Below, one piece after another: positions 9,328 to 18,784 of a stretch of 64,000 nt of DNA. The stretch comes from Clostridia bacterium (lineage in GTDB: Bacteria; Bacillota; Clostridia; CAKSNL01; HGM11501), in NCBI GenBank assembly GCA_045545475.1, contig JAZQAZ010000010.1:96001-160000 (forward strand). The letters run 5' to 3'. The notes below the pieces were generated by a model. It ran no database searches and was not told the origin of the DNA. It was given only the letters and a program-made list of their open reading frames with translations. A program made the position numbers and the translations under genes. Within the stretch, counting starts at the first letter, position 1, and the number at the start of each line of letters is the position of its first letter.

Positions 9328-9495
9328 TAGAGGTGGCGCTGTTGAGTTGAAAAAGTCCTTTTTTACATTGGCAAAAAACAAATGGACAGCGTCACCTCTA
9401 AATAGGGCGAAAAGCTCTAGAATACGGGGCTTTTCTGCACATACTAAACCAACAAAAATGTGGACAGCAGCACCCTAGGGTAGGAGGTGACGCTG
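9328..9495. repeat. Cluster of 14-bp TAGAGGTGGmGCTr-like motifs in inverted pairs
   Basis: Copies at 9328 (+), 9387 (-), 9465 (-, degenerate), 9482 (+). Confidence 0.7.
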
Positions 9496-9611
9496 TGGAG
9501 TGTTTTTTGGCAGAATTGTGTGGTTTCTGAGGCGTTGAGAATCTTGCAGGAATAGCTTAGGTGAATTTAAAGGGATTGTTGATTTGTTTTTTTCAGAAAG
9601 TTGCTCTAAAA

Positions 9612-9786
9612 GAGAAAAAGAAGCCTCCGCTTTCCCCTTGCAGGAATAATCCCTTGGAGGAATTGCGGAGGCTTTTATACAGTTGTATTAAAGTTGTGCG
9701 TTGTAATATCAAGAAAGTAGAAATAGAGCGTTGGAGGAATATTAGGTCGAGGTGTTTGCTCTACCAATAATAAGATTAGAGCGAGA
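9612..9786 (-). ncRNA. Candidate small RNA with two anti-SD (AUUCCUCCAA) segments
   Basis: Promoter TTGCAT-18-(TG)TACAAT at 9822-9793; closing stem AAGCCTCCGC/GCGGAGGCTT plus U tract; no ATG seen. Confidence 0.4.
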
Positions 9787-9827
9787 AAGTATATTGTACC
9801 AATATTTATTGGAGAAATGCAATCAAT

Positions 9828-9945
9828 AACTTCCATTTCGGCATATCTTGAATTAGAGTTTTACCTGCAAAACCGCGTATTTTCATATGTTTTACTAACA
9901 AACAGGCTATTTTTCCGAGATTAACACCTGCCAAAATGGCATATC
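9828..9945 (+). repeat. 118-bp imperfect direct repeat, copy B (extra CTGCCGATTTGGAATATC unit follows)
   Basis: Aligns end to end with 7593-7710. Confidence 0.8.
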
Positions 9946-10039
9946 AAGAACTGCCGATTTGGAATATCAAGAAATACAGATAAAATGATAATTTCTTCAA
10001 TCCTTTATTTTATAAAGGATTATTTTTAACTTGACAATC

Positions 10040-10699
10040 TTATTTATAATTCTTTTTTCCTCGACGCTGATAATCGGCATTTATTTCCTCAGACCAATCC
10101 GCACCAAGTGGAGCACTTGCTCTTACATTGCAAACCGCTTTTGCAACCGACTCATAGAGGATATGTGTGCCTTCACCGTCCGCGTTATAGTTTACCGCTC
10201 TGTCTTTGCCAATACCATAGCGAGCTGCAGTTTCAACAGCATCAATATTTGCACCGATGAACAAAAACTCCCATCCGTACTTTTCTTTCTGCCGCTCAAT
10301 CATTTTCTTAACCTGCTCACTTGTATAACGGTGGCTTGCGTTCTCCTGTCCGTCAGTTGTGATAACGAACATCGTGTGCTCCGGCACGTCCTCGTTACGG
10401 GCATATTTGTGAATGTTTCCAATGTGGTGAATTGCTCCGCCGATGGCATCAATCAAAGCCGTGCAACCGCGAACAGTATAGTCCTTGTCGGTCATCTTGG
10501 GGATGTCGCCGAGCTTCACGCGGTCGTGCAAAACCTCACTCTCATCATCAAAAAGCACAGTGGATACGTAGCAATCTCCGTCCTGCTTCTTCTGCTTTTC
10601 AATCATCGAATTGAAGCCACCGATGGTATCGCTCTCGAGTCCTGCCATAGATCCGCTTCTGTCCAAAATAAATACGAGTTCAGTAATGTTGTTTTTCAT
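10040..10699 (-). CDS. von Willebrand factor A (vWA) domain protein
   Basis: MIDAS DRSGS, TALIDA, ITTDGQEN; paralog of 59273-59914. Confidence 0.9.
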   Translation of the reverse strand: MKNNITELVFILDRSGSMAGLESDTIGGFNSMIEKQKKQDGDCYVSTVLFDDESEVLHDRVKLGDIPKMTDKDYTVRGCTALIDAIGGAIHHIGNIHKYARNEDVPEHTMFVITTDGQENASHRYTSEQVKKMIERQKEKYGWEFLFIGANIDAVETAARYGIGKDRAVNYNADGEGTHILYESVAKAVCNVRASAPLGADWSEEINADYQRRGKKNYK

Positions 10700-10731
10700 A
10701 GTATAAAACCTCTCTTTCATTTGATGTCTAT

Positions 10732-10775
10732 ATTGTACATCACCAAAAGAGAGGTTGGGTCGCTTCGTATGCGAC
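10732..10775 (-). promoter_or_regulatory. Palindrome GTCGC-N7-GCGAC-C, 20 bp upstream of TACAAT (-10) of vWA gene
   Basis: Same architecture and spacing as 59174-59217. Confidence 0.7.
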
Positions 10776-10778
10776 AAT

Positions 10779-11363
10779 TCAGTTTTCTTCAATTGTTATT
10801 CTCTGATTTATAAATCCACTGATTTTTGCAGTGTTTTCACAATCCAATTCTGTAGTAATGATCTTGTTATCATCGGTCAAAAAGCTGATGCAGATTTTTG
10901 AAAAATTAGCTATATGAACATTAGATAGCTCATCAAAAACAAAAGGAATAATATATATCTTGCTTTCAGTACAAACACAAGATTGATATGCAAAATCATC
11001 ACTAAGATTAACAGTATATGTCTTATTAAGATCAGTGACTACTAATTTGTTTGAGATATAATGAGCAACATGTTTTTTGCTGTCATTGATTGGAACAAAA
11101 ACACCAACAAAGTTCTTAATGTTGAATTGTTGTGTTGCAGATAATCTTAATGCTAAAAACAAAATTGATGACACATTTGTATTCTTCTCGTTATAAATGT
11201 TAGCATTAATACTTATAGACTTACATTCAACTTTCAAATAATCAATAACAGAAGAATACACTTTAATCTTTTTGTCAATTATCAATTTTTGGTTATTGAA
11301 AAATGCTTCAAAAGCTACTTTTGCCACGTCTATTAACACTTTTGTCCCTTCAGATGCACTCAT
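10779..11363 (-). CDS. AT-rich hypothetical protein inserted between macro and vWA genes
   Basis: 194-aa ORF with AGGAGG RBS; absent from the paralogous operon at 58-60 kb. Confidence 0.6.
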   Translation of the reverse strand: MSASEGTKVLIDVAKVAFEAFFNNQKLIIDKKIKVYSSVIDYLKVECKSISINANIYNEKNTNVSSILFLALRLSATQQFNIKNFVGVFVPINDSKKHVAHYISNKLVVTDLNKTYTVNLSDDFAYQSCVCTESKIYIIPFVFDELSNVHIANFSKICISFLTDDNKIITTELDCENTAKISGFINQRITIEEN

Positions 11364-11386
11364 GCTTTATGTCCCTCCTGTAAAAA

Positions 11387-12412
11387 TTATGCTCCCAACA
11401 AACTCTGATCAAACGCAAACAGAGTCTCGTTGATTTCAAAAATATTGTAGTTACCTTTGCTGATAAAATACTCGATAATGATATCGAACTTATTGCTGTG
11501 AGATAAAGCAAAGCCCGCCTTACGGAGCATATCATCGGTTTCTGCGAGTGAAAGCTCTAAGGATATTGCAAATGCGAGTGCGGTGGATTTGCTCGGCTTA
11601 TAGTGAACGTCGCTACGGATTTTGGAGAACAACTTACGGTCAATATTCGCCTTTTTGTAGCACTCGGCATCGGTCATACCCTTTTCATCAATCTTACGCA
11701 GAAGCATTTGAGAGAAGCTCTCGTCGATCTTTTTTAGCTTCGCATACAAGTCATCCTCGGCAAGCATAGCCTTACAATCGCACATTTCAAGGAAATCTTC
11801 ATCCGCTTTCTTTCTTCTTGTGCGCGGAGCCATTGACGGCAGTGCGTTCATACGGATACGCTCACGGCTGTAATCAGTATGCTCGTCCACGTAATTGTCG
11901 TCAATGTATTCGGTGATATCCGAGAACAGCTTCTCGCTGATCTTATAGGCAGCCTTATCGAAGATGACGATATAAACCGTAATTTCGTTTTCAAGAAGAA
12001 AGTCGCTTATAATGTCGATAGCAATCTTCAAAGCTTGATCTTTTGGATATCCGTAAACTCCTGATGAGATAAGAGGGAAAGCAACGGTTTCGCATTGATG
12101 CTCCTTCGCAAGAGTTAAAGATTCGTGGTAGCAGGATTCAAGCAACGCCTTTTCCCCGTGTGTTCCGTCGCCATAGATAGGACCGACGGTATGTATTACA
12201 TACTTTGCAGGCAGATTATATCCGCCCGTGATTTTCGCTTTACCCGTCTTGCATCCGCCAAGAGTTCTGCACTCTGCGAGTAATCCGTCACCTGCGGTGC
12301 GATGAATCGCACCGTCAACACCTCCGCCGCCCAAGAGCGACTCGTTGGCAGCATTGACAATGGCATCCACCTTCATTTTTGTTATATCGTTTCTTACAAT
12401 TACTAGTGGCAT
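11387..12412 (-). CDS. Macro-domain (YmdB/MacroD-like ADP-ribose hydrolase) protein fused to C-terminal XRE-like HTH
   Basis: [47 protein letters not shown]; C-terminal [16 protein letters not shown]...KPSK. Confidence 0.9.
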   Translation of the reverse strand: MPLVIVRNDITKMKVDAIVNAANESLLGGGGVDGAIHRTAGDGLLAECRTLGGCKTGKAKITGGYNLPAKYVIHTVGPIYGDGTHGEKALLESCYHESLTLAKEHQCETVAFPLISSGVYGYPKDQALKIAIDIISDFLLENEITVYIVIFDKAAYKISEKLFSDITEYIDDNYVDEHTDYSRERIRMNALPSMAPRTRRKKADEDFLEMCDCKAMLAEDDLYAKLKKIDESFSQMLLRKIDEKGMTDAECYKKANIDRKLFSKIRSDVHYKPSKSTALAFAISLELSLAETDDMLRKAGFALSHSNKFDIIIEYFISKGNYNIFEINETLFAFDQSLLGA

Positions 12413-12506
12413 AGGTGCACCTCTTTAATTCAACCCATCTTTCCTTACTGCATTATAACGTATTAGTCACATTTTGATGGCACTACTTTCATCAACATTA
12501 AAGTGC

Positions 12507-12713
12507 TCACCGTATCTTCATACGAAGCTCGTGCTCAATGTCTGATATAACTTTCTTGTTGTTTTCCTCTATTGCTTTACTTACTCCAATAACAAGCAAG
12601 TTTACCATTTCATCAATATAATCGTTGTTGATATAGTATTTTAAATCTGGATTTTTGTTAAGCGAATGTCGAATAATCCTCTCAACTTCATAATCTTTTA
12701 GCCCATATTGCAT
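12507..12713 (-). CDS. Small hypothetical protein
   Basis: 68-aa ORF immediately after 12717-14144 with GAGGG RBS. Confidence 0.55.
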   Translation of the reverse strand: MQYGLKDYEVERIIRHSLNKNPDLKYYINNDYIDEMVNLLVIGVSKAIEENNKKVISDIEHELRMKIR

Positions 12714-12716
12714 AAG

Positions 12717-14144
12717 TTATCCCTCATATTTGATATTTACATATTGAATCAAATCTGTCAGCAATTCGATTACTTTTTTCTGTTGTAAGTCCCATTCTTG
12801 TCTTGCAGACTTTATGTTGATGATTGTTTCATTCTCACGACATTTTTCGTAAAACTTGTCGTCTGCTTGCTTCCACTGTTCATCTGTAACATCTACTTTT
12901 TCTTTTAAACAATCTTTATAAGTTTTAAAAACTTCTTCACCAGAATTATTTAGCGCATGATGAATTATTGAATCGCCTAAATTAATTATACTACATTTAG
13001 TTCCAATGACATCTTGAAGAATATTGTTAGCAAGTTCTGTCATCATTTCATTATTGTTACTTCTTGCTTTTAAATACTTGCCAATCTTTTCAAACAACTT
13101 ATCAACTTCTTGGATTAAAATTTGTGGAGTTTCTAAGTAACGCGTATCTGTCTTTATCCTTCCCCAAACTGCATACTGAGGGAAATTTTGAGATACTCTG
13201 TCTAATGTTTCAAAAAATATCATACTGGGGTATGGATTTGTTGCGAGAACATCGTTTTCTATTTCGCACAATTCATCATACAAAGGTTTGTAGATTAGAT
13301 TTTTTCTTTTAATATGAGTTTGTGCTTTGAGTTGTTTCTTGTTAACATAAATACTGCCTATAAGGGTAAACATACCACCAATAATGGCACCTAATAGTGT
13401 TCCAATAACAGCGATAGTTTCTCCCTTCCAGCTACTGATTTTTTCGATGAAATTGAACTTGCAGAACAAAAATATAATTGCGGCAGTAGCGATCAAGGTA
13501 AAGCATGCGATTATCCATCTTCCATACTTTGCCCAAAACAATTGAACTTTTGGCCTTTTCAAATGACTCACACCTTTCATTATTTTTTGGATCCATTTCC
13601 GAATGTAATTTATAAATCTCTCTTTTAAGGATGGCTTTTTATAGTTTATTTTTTCTATTTCCGTCTGATAGTCTATAATTATCTTTCGTTCCGTTTTCAT
13701 CATCTCATATAAATACATATACGGATGAATTAATGTGGCTGGGAAATTTTCTTCATTTAATGCTCGATTGTAATAATCTTCTCCGTATTTTTCAAGAAGA
13801 TCGTGAATTTCTTTTAATTGATTTTTGTTGCCACGAATCAAATTTAAATTTGACGAAACACCTGCTCGGCAATCGTTTTGCAAAGAACATTGAATATAGT
13901 CTAAAAACAACTCTGCAAAACGAGGATAATATTCAAAATCATTTTTTTCAGTTAGTGAAATCAGTTCTTTTCTAAGTTCAAGTTCAATTTGAAGAAAAGC
14001 TTCTACTGAACCGTTTGAAAATCCTTCTTTAACAAGTAAAGAAGTTTGATGCAGATCTCGCATATCCTTTAGAGTAAACGATTCCGGCATTTTTACATTA
14101 TCAAAACTTCTTTCTTGCAAAGGGGTAGCCACGCAATAGTACAT
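12717..14144 (-). CDS. Hypothetical protein with two central TM helices; possibly a fragment fused to a second gene
   Basis: 475-aa ORF overlapping the helicase 3' end; internal AAAGGTG RBS plus TTG before the TM region. Confidence 0.5.
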   Translation of the reverse strand: MYYCVATPLQERSFDNVKMPESFTLKDMRDLHQTSLLVKEGFSNGSVEAFLQIELELRKELISLTEKNDFEYYPRFAELFLDYIQCSLQNDCRAGVSSNLNLIRGNKNQLKEIHDLLEKYGEDYYNRALNEENFPATLIHPYMYLYEMMKTERKIIIDYQTEIEKINYKKPSLKERFINYIRKWIQKIMKGVSHLKRPKVQLFWAKYGRWIIACFTLIATAAIIFLFCKFNFIEKISSWKGETIAVIGTLLGAIIGGMFTLIGSIYVNKKQLKAQTHIKRKNLIYKPLYDELCEIENDVLATNPYPSMIFFETLDRVSQNFPQYAVWGRIKTDTRYLETPQILIQEVDKLFEKIGKYLKARSNNNEMMTELANNILQDVIGTKCSIINLGDSIIHHALNNSGEEVFKTYKDCLKEKVDVTDEQWKQADDKFYEKCRENETIINIKSARQEWDLQQKKVIELLTDLIQYVNIKYEG

Positions 14145-15966
14145 CGTTATATGTTCTCAAAATACGACCGCGTCTTTGAACAAATTCTCTGTAATCATCA
14201 TTGCTGGAAAGTATAAGGGCACTCTTGATTGAAGGAATGTTGATACCTTCGTCAAGACATCGAATAGCCGCCAAAGCCGATATCTCGCCTTTATTAAAAG
14301 CATCGACTAATTGCATTCTGTCATCCATATTTTCCTGAGCTGTAAATTGACTGGATTTATATCCATGTGCTGAAAGAACTCGTTTTACAGATTGGATGTG
14401 TCGTAATTCTTCACCCGTGTTGTTATCAAACAATCGACCATCACCGCAGTAGACTACAAAATGATCCTTTTCTTGAATCTGAGATACTATATAATCTATT
14501 TTCTCTTGTTTTTCGTCCGCCATAGAAATAACACGCAGTCTATTTCTCAAAGACTTCACCAGCTGGTCTGGGTTTATACATACACTGTTTTTAAAACATG
14601 ACAGTATTTTATGAGTGTGATATTGAAATTTGTTTTCATCCTCTTCGCTTGCGTGTACATATATAGGGTGATAGTAATATGGAACAAGGAATTTGCGTTC
14701 AAGAGCTTCTTCAATTGGTAAGCTAAATACTTGTCCACCGAAGAATTCCATTAACTCCTTTCCTCGTTGAGCCGATGTACCGCTGAATGGAGTGGCACTT
14801 AATCCAAGCATATATTTGAATTGTGTATGCATATCTTCAGAACGGTCAGTAAAGCGATGTGCTTCGTCTACAATTAAGAGTTTATCTTCAGTTGATTTTC
14901 CCAAAGTGTTTGTAAACCTTGGCATTTTGAAAGATGCGATTGTTGAAATAATAATTGTTTGTGCTTTTGAATCATATTTCTTTCTGATAATTTCTTGGGA
15001 CATTTGTTGTTCCCACTTTGGATTTTCAGAAGAAACCAATATAATCTTGGCATCTTCGAATGCTTTTTCGACATCTTCTGCCCATTGTTTTACTAAATGC
15101 TTATATGGTGCACATATAACAATCATAGCAGGGTGCGTTTTAAGAAGTTCTTTTGCAGAATAAATTGCGGTCCATGTTTTACCTGTACCGGTAGCCATAA
15201 CATAAAAACCATGATAATCGTTTTCTACCCACGCTGCAATTGCTTGTTTCTGATAATCTCTTAATTCTATAGGAGATTTCGCAGAAACAGATGTAGCACG
15301 TGTCTCTATCATCTGTAAAATGTTAGATTGGGCACTTTCTTTGTAATCATAAACTTTTACAAATTTATTAGTGCCATTCCAAAGAGATTCAAATTCTTCT
15401 TGCTCATCGGCAATATTAGCACATTCTTCAGGAATCCAGTTTTTTACAACACGTATTTTTTCATAGTTGTTTTGATACCCACTTAAAGTAGAGTTTGCAG
15501 AACCGTAGAAAACCACAACATTCCCATCAAAATCCTCAAGAATACCAAGCTTATCATGATATATTCCGAGAGTATCAGTTACAGCAATCTTGATATCAAG
15601 AATTCCACGTGCAATTAAGGTAGCAAGTAATTGTAATTTGGCATCATCAAATACTTCTATTTCTTTCATAAAATCACGAGTAAAGGATGACTTTATAACC
15701 TTCTCTCTTGCTTCATATCCGGTAGTGATTGCCTGAACATCTTCTTCGGTAAGATTCGGACTTGCAATTAATTGTATCTTGCCATTGTTTCTCGCCAATG
15801 CAACTATTCCATCCACAATGGGCTGTAAAACCGACGAGGAGAAAAAACCTACACTTCGTTTATAATTTTTGGTACATTTTAAAACAGGAGTCAAAAAAGC
15901 TTTGGCTATATTTTCTTGACCCACACTTACATAACTTCGTTTAATATCTAATTCCCGGTAATTCAT
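14101..15966 (-). CDS. PLD-like nuclease + SF2 DEAH helicase (PbeA/type III Res-like), apparently C-terminally truncated
   Basis: HDKLGILED...GSAN; MATGTGKT; IVDEAHR; SATP; QRRGRILR followed by only a short tail. Confidence 0.75.
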   Translation of the reverse strand: MNYRELDIKRSYVSVGQENIAKAFLTPVLKCTKNYKRSVGFFSSSVLQPIVDGIVALARNNGKIQLIASPNLTEEDVQAITTGYEAREKVIKSSFTRDFMKEIEVFDDAKLQLLATLIARGILDIKIAVTDTLGIYHDKLGILEDFDGNVVVFYGSANSTLSGYQNNYEKIRVVKNWIPEECANIADEQEEFESLWNGTNKFVKVYDYKESAQSNILQMIETRATSVSAKSPIELRDYQKQAIAAWVENDYHGFYVMATGTGKTWTAIYSAKELLKTHPAMIVICAPYKHLVKQWAEDVEKAFEDAKIILVSSENPKWEQQMSQEIIRKKYDSKAQTIIISTIASFKMPRFTNTLGKSTEDKLLIVDEAHRFTDRSEDMHTQFKYMLGLSATPFSGTSAQRGKELMEFFGGQVFSLPIEEALERKFLVPYYYHPIYVHASEEDENKFQYHTHKILSCFKNSVCINPDQLVKSLRNRLRVISMADEKQEKIDYIVSQIQEKDHFVVYCGDGRLFDNNTGEELRHIQSVKRVLSAHGYKSSQFTAQENMDDRMQLVDAFNKGEISALAAIRCLDEGINIPSIKSALILSSNDDYREFVQRRGRILRTYNDVLLRGYPFARKKF

Positions 15967-18683
15967 ATCAAATCCTCATCTAAGTCTAATTCAATATAAT
16001 CCGATATCAAATCGTCTATATTGTCCAAATCATCTGCCTGTGTAATTGTCGCAGTCGTATCTACAGAAACACCTTGATATCTCTGTGTATCCAACTTTCC
16101 ACTTGGAGCAATTATAGGAACAGACAACTTAAACTGATTCGATGTTGTTCCAACCACTAAAGAATTGCTCCATTTGTTAACCACGCTGTAAATTAGCCAT
16201 TCCGTCCATGGTACATTGATTTTGGGAAGATTATATATGCACTCAAGTGATGTTACAAGCACCGTATCAGTAACTTCGCTTTCCAAAATAGATATTACAT
16301 CATTGGCAACATCATCATTTATTCCGATATGCTCAATAGTAGCAAATGTATTTCTATTCACAAGAAGATGGGTGTCGTTGAAATTATTAAGCAATTCAAG
16401 TATAGAATAAATCTCGTAATGGTTTTCTTTTGCAAAAGAGGTGATTTCGGATATTGCTATTTCTTCGCTATTTATTATTAAATCTTGTAACTGTTCTTCG
16501 GGATCTCCAATTTCGACACCAATATTTGCAACAAAAGGTCTCTTGAATTGATATTGTTCCCTAAACAGATACTCGAGCACCGAGAATAAACTGGTAGGAA
16601 AATGTATAAAAAGCTTATGTAAAAGATCTGAATCGTCGTGTGCTATATAGTCATACAATTCTTTGTAATGTTTTACTTTGTCATCCGAAACAAACTTTTT
16701 TAAAACTCTTGCAAAATACATTTTGTCTGAATCCGAAAGGTTCAACATACTACCGTGAATATATTTACCAAAGAGATTAATGATGTTTGTGTCATCTGTA
16801 GCAAAAGATATAACTATTTCCGTTACACCGGGAAAAGCTCTCTTGATATCTTCTTTCGTAATGGGATAAGAGAACTGTTTAATATATTGAATAATCTCGA
16901 CATACACAGAGGTAACAGATTCGTCTTTTGATATATAATCTCGCCTGAATACGAACTCAGAACCATATAACTCACGCAATATACCCTGTAAATAGTATTT
17001 ATTGTCAATGCCGAATTTGAGTAATTCATCTTCGAAAACACTAAACAAGGTATTGGTCATAAAAATTACAGAAGAACTCTCAACAATATATCGGTGTATT
17101 TTTTCTGCCAGTTCTTTCGAGATATATGATTCTTTCTTGGGACGATATTTACCCCTGCCGCAAAGAATACCTATATCAGAAAGACGCGCAGATATTGCTC
17201 GGCTCTTTTCGGGAAGATTCTTGCATCCATACTCTTCAACTGCAACATATCTGAATACTTGGAGCTCTTTCTCATTATAAATGTCAATTCCATTTGGATA
17301 ATATTTTTCTAGTATTTCAGTATAAATAGCGGTCAGAGAAAGGTGTGAACGATGATATGTAGAGCCGTCCTTTTGGAATTCTTCACATAAAGCTTTTTCT
17401 AATAATTCTCTCGGAATATTTTGTTCTTCAACAGCTTCTGATATAATAGCTTCATATTTCTTTTCATCAAAAGAATCCGGCAAAGATTCAACAATTCTTC
17501 CTATGACAGCAGAGATGGATTCATCACCCATAACAAAAACATCGAGTTGAGAATCATAATAGTAGGAGGGACTGTCAGAAGTACGAAGCAAAAAGACCAT
17601 TTCAGAATATTTATCATCAAAATATTCACTTAGTTCTGATGCAGAAAGAACAGTATCTCCGTTACGTTCCGCAGAAATCTTGGATAGAATATGAGCCTTA
17701 CCCTGCCAAAAATTAAAGATTCTTTTAGCTTTTGCCTCAATTTGACGAACTCTTTCACGCGTGACACCCATTTTGTCGCCGACGCTACCCAACGTTTCTC
17801 CGGAGGCTCGTCCTAAAATAACAGATTTAATACTTTTGGATTTACCATAAAGCGTTTGAAACAAATCCTCAATTTCTTCTTTTATGTCAAATGTGCACCA
17901 TTTAAAAAAATTCAATAATAAGGCAAAATCTGTTACAGACTCTGAAACCTTTTCAGAAACAAAACTATTTATAGTAGCAGTTGGATTGTTCTCTAAGCCA
18001 TAAATATCATAAAGAATTTTGCGTTGTTCATCATCGTTTGTAAAAGCGTTGATGTATCCGGAAACACTGTTTTTCCTTCGCCATACTGGTATAACCGCAA
18101 GATACTCATTAATTTTATTAATCCTGCATTCACGTTCATGTTGATCTTTTATAAGTGGCTTGAGAAGTTCCAACAACGGAAGAATATCGTTCGGAGAGTT
18201 ATAGCAGGCGCGTGCCAAATCAGCACCCAATACTTCAACTGCACTTTTGTATTTTTCAACAATAATCAATTCTTCTGTTGAAATATTCAATTCTTCGCAA
18301 AAAGAAAAATCCTGATTTAGTATGTTTTCAATATTGCTGGATATGATTTCGGGAATATAATTTGCAACTTTTTGTTTTTCATTCGTAGGGTTTAATTCGG
18401 TGGTTTTATTGGAAAGTTCTGACAAGTATTTACAAGTTTCATCATAACACTTTTTACCTGCACCACGAAGTTTGATAAACTCATCAACTTTCATTCTGTA
18501 AAGATCTGCTATGGTATTTACGCCACTATGCATCAATAGATTTGTTACACGAACGGAAATAGGAAGAGATTGTACACTCACATCCTCAACGCTCGACAGA
18601 TCAACTGGGTAAAGATCCCAGAAAGTTGTATCTGATATTAAATTGTCGGCAGTCTTTTTTGAGGTTTTGAGATTTTCTATCAT
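15963..18683 (-). CDS. Large protein with RNA polymerase alpha-CTD-like and sigma70 region-4 HTH domains
   Basis: LPISVRVTNLLMHSGVNTIADL...LRGAGKK; ETLGSVGDKMGVTRERVRQIEAKA. Confidence 0.75.
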   Translation of the reverse strand: MIENLKTSKKTADNLISDTTFWDLYPVDLSSVEDVSVQSLPISVRVTNLLMHSGVNTIADLYRMKVDEFIKLRGAGKKCYDETCKYLSELSNKTTELNPTNEKQKVANYIPEIISSNIENILNQDFSFCEELNISTEELIIVEKYKSAVEVLGADLARACYNSPNDILPLLELLKPLIKDQHERECRINKINEYLAVIPVWRRKNSVSGYINAFTNDDEQRKILYDIYGLENNPTATINSFVSEKVSESVTDFALLLNFFKWCTFDIKEEIEDLFQTLYGKSKSIKSVILGRASGETLGSVGDKMGVTRERVRQIEAKAKRIFNFWQGKAHILSKISAERNGDTVLSASELSEYFDDKYSEMVFLLRTSDSPSYYYDSQLDVFVMGDESISAVIGRIVESLPDSFDEKKYEAIISEAVEEQNIPRELLEKALCEEFQKDGSTYHRSHLSLTAIYTEILEKYYPNGIDIYNEKELQVFRYVAVEEYGCKNLPEKSRAISARLSDIGILCGRGKYRPKKESYISKELAEKIHRYIVESSSVIFMTNTLFSVFEDELLKFGIDNKYYLQGILRELYGSEFVFRRDYISKDESVTSVYVEIIQYIKQFSYPITKEDIKRAFPGVTEIVISFATDDTNIINLFGKYIHGSMLNLSDSDKMYFARVLKKFVSDDKVKHYKELYDYIAHDDSDLLHKLFIHFPTSLFSVLEYLFREQYQFKRPFVANIGVEIGDPEEQLQDLIINSEEIAISEITSFAKENHYEIYSILELLNNFNDTHLLVNRNTFATIEHIGINDDVANDVISILESEVTDTVLVTSLECIYNLPKINVPWTEWLIYSVVNKWSNSLVVGTTSNQFKLSVPIIAPSGKLDTQRYQGVSVDTTATITQADDLDNIDDLISDYIELDLDEDLI

Positions 18684-18784
18684 TATGAATCTTCCTTAAA
18701 ATTGAGTACTTGACTTAAATTATACCACACTTATTGTCAATTATCAAGCGTGGCTGTCGATAAATGTCTACTTATGCGAGTAAG

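Noticed and set aside
9561-9770. 69-aa + strand ORF as a type I toxin
   Set aside because: No RBS at the start and no convincing TM helix; it spans a strong hairpin
10031-10813. 260-aa + strand ORF and similar long antisense ORFs (e.g. 1336-2106, 46974-47507)
   Set aside because: Shadow frames of well-supported genes on the other strand
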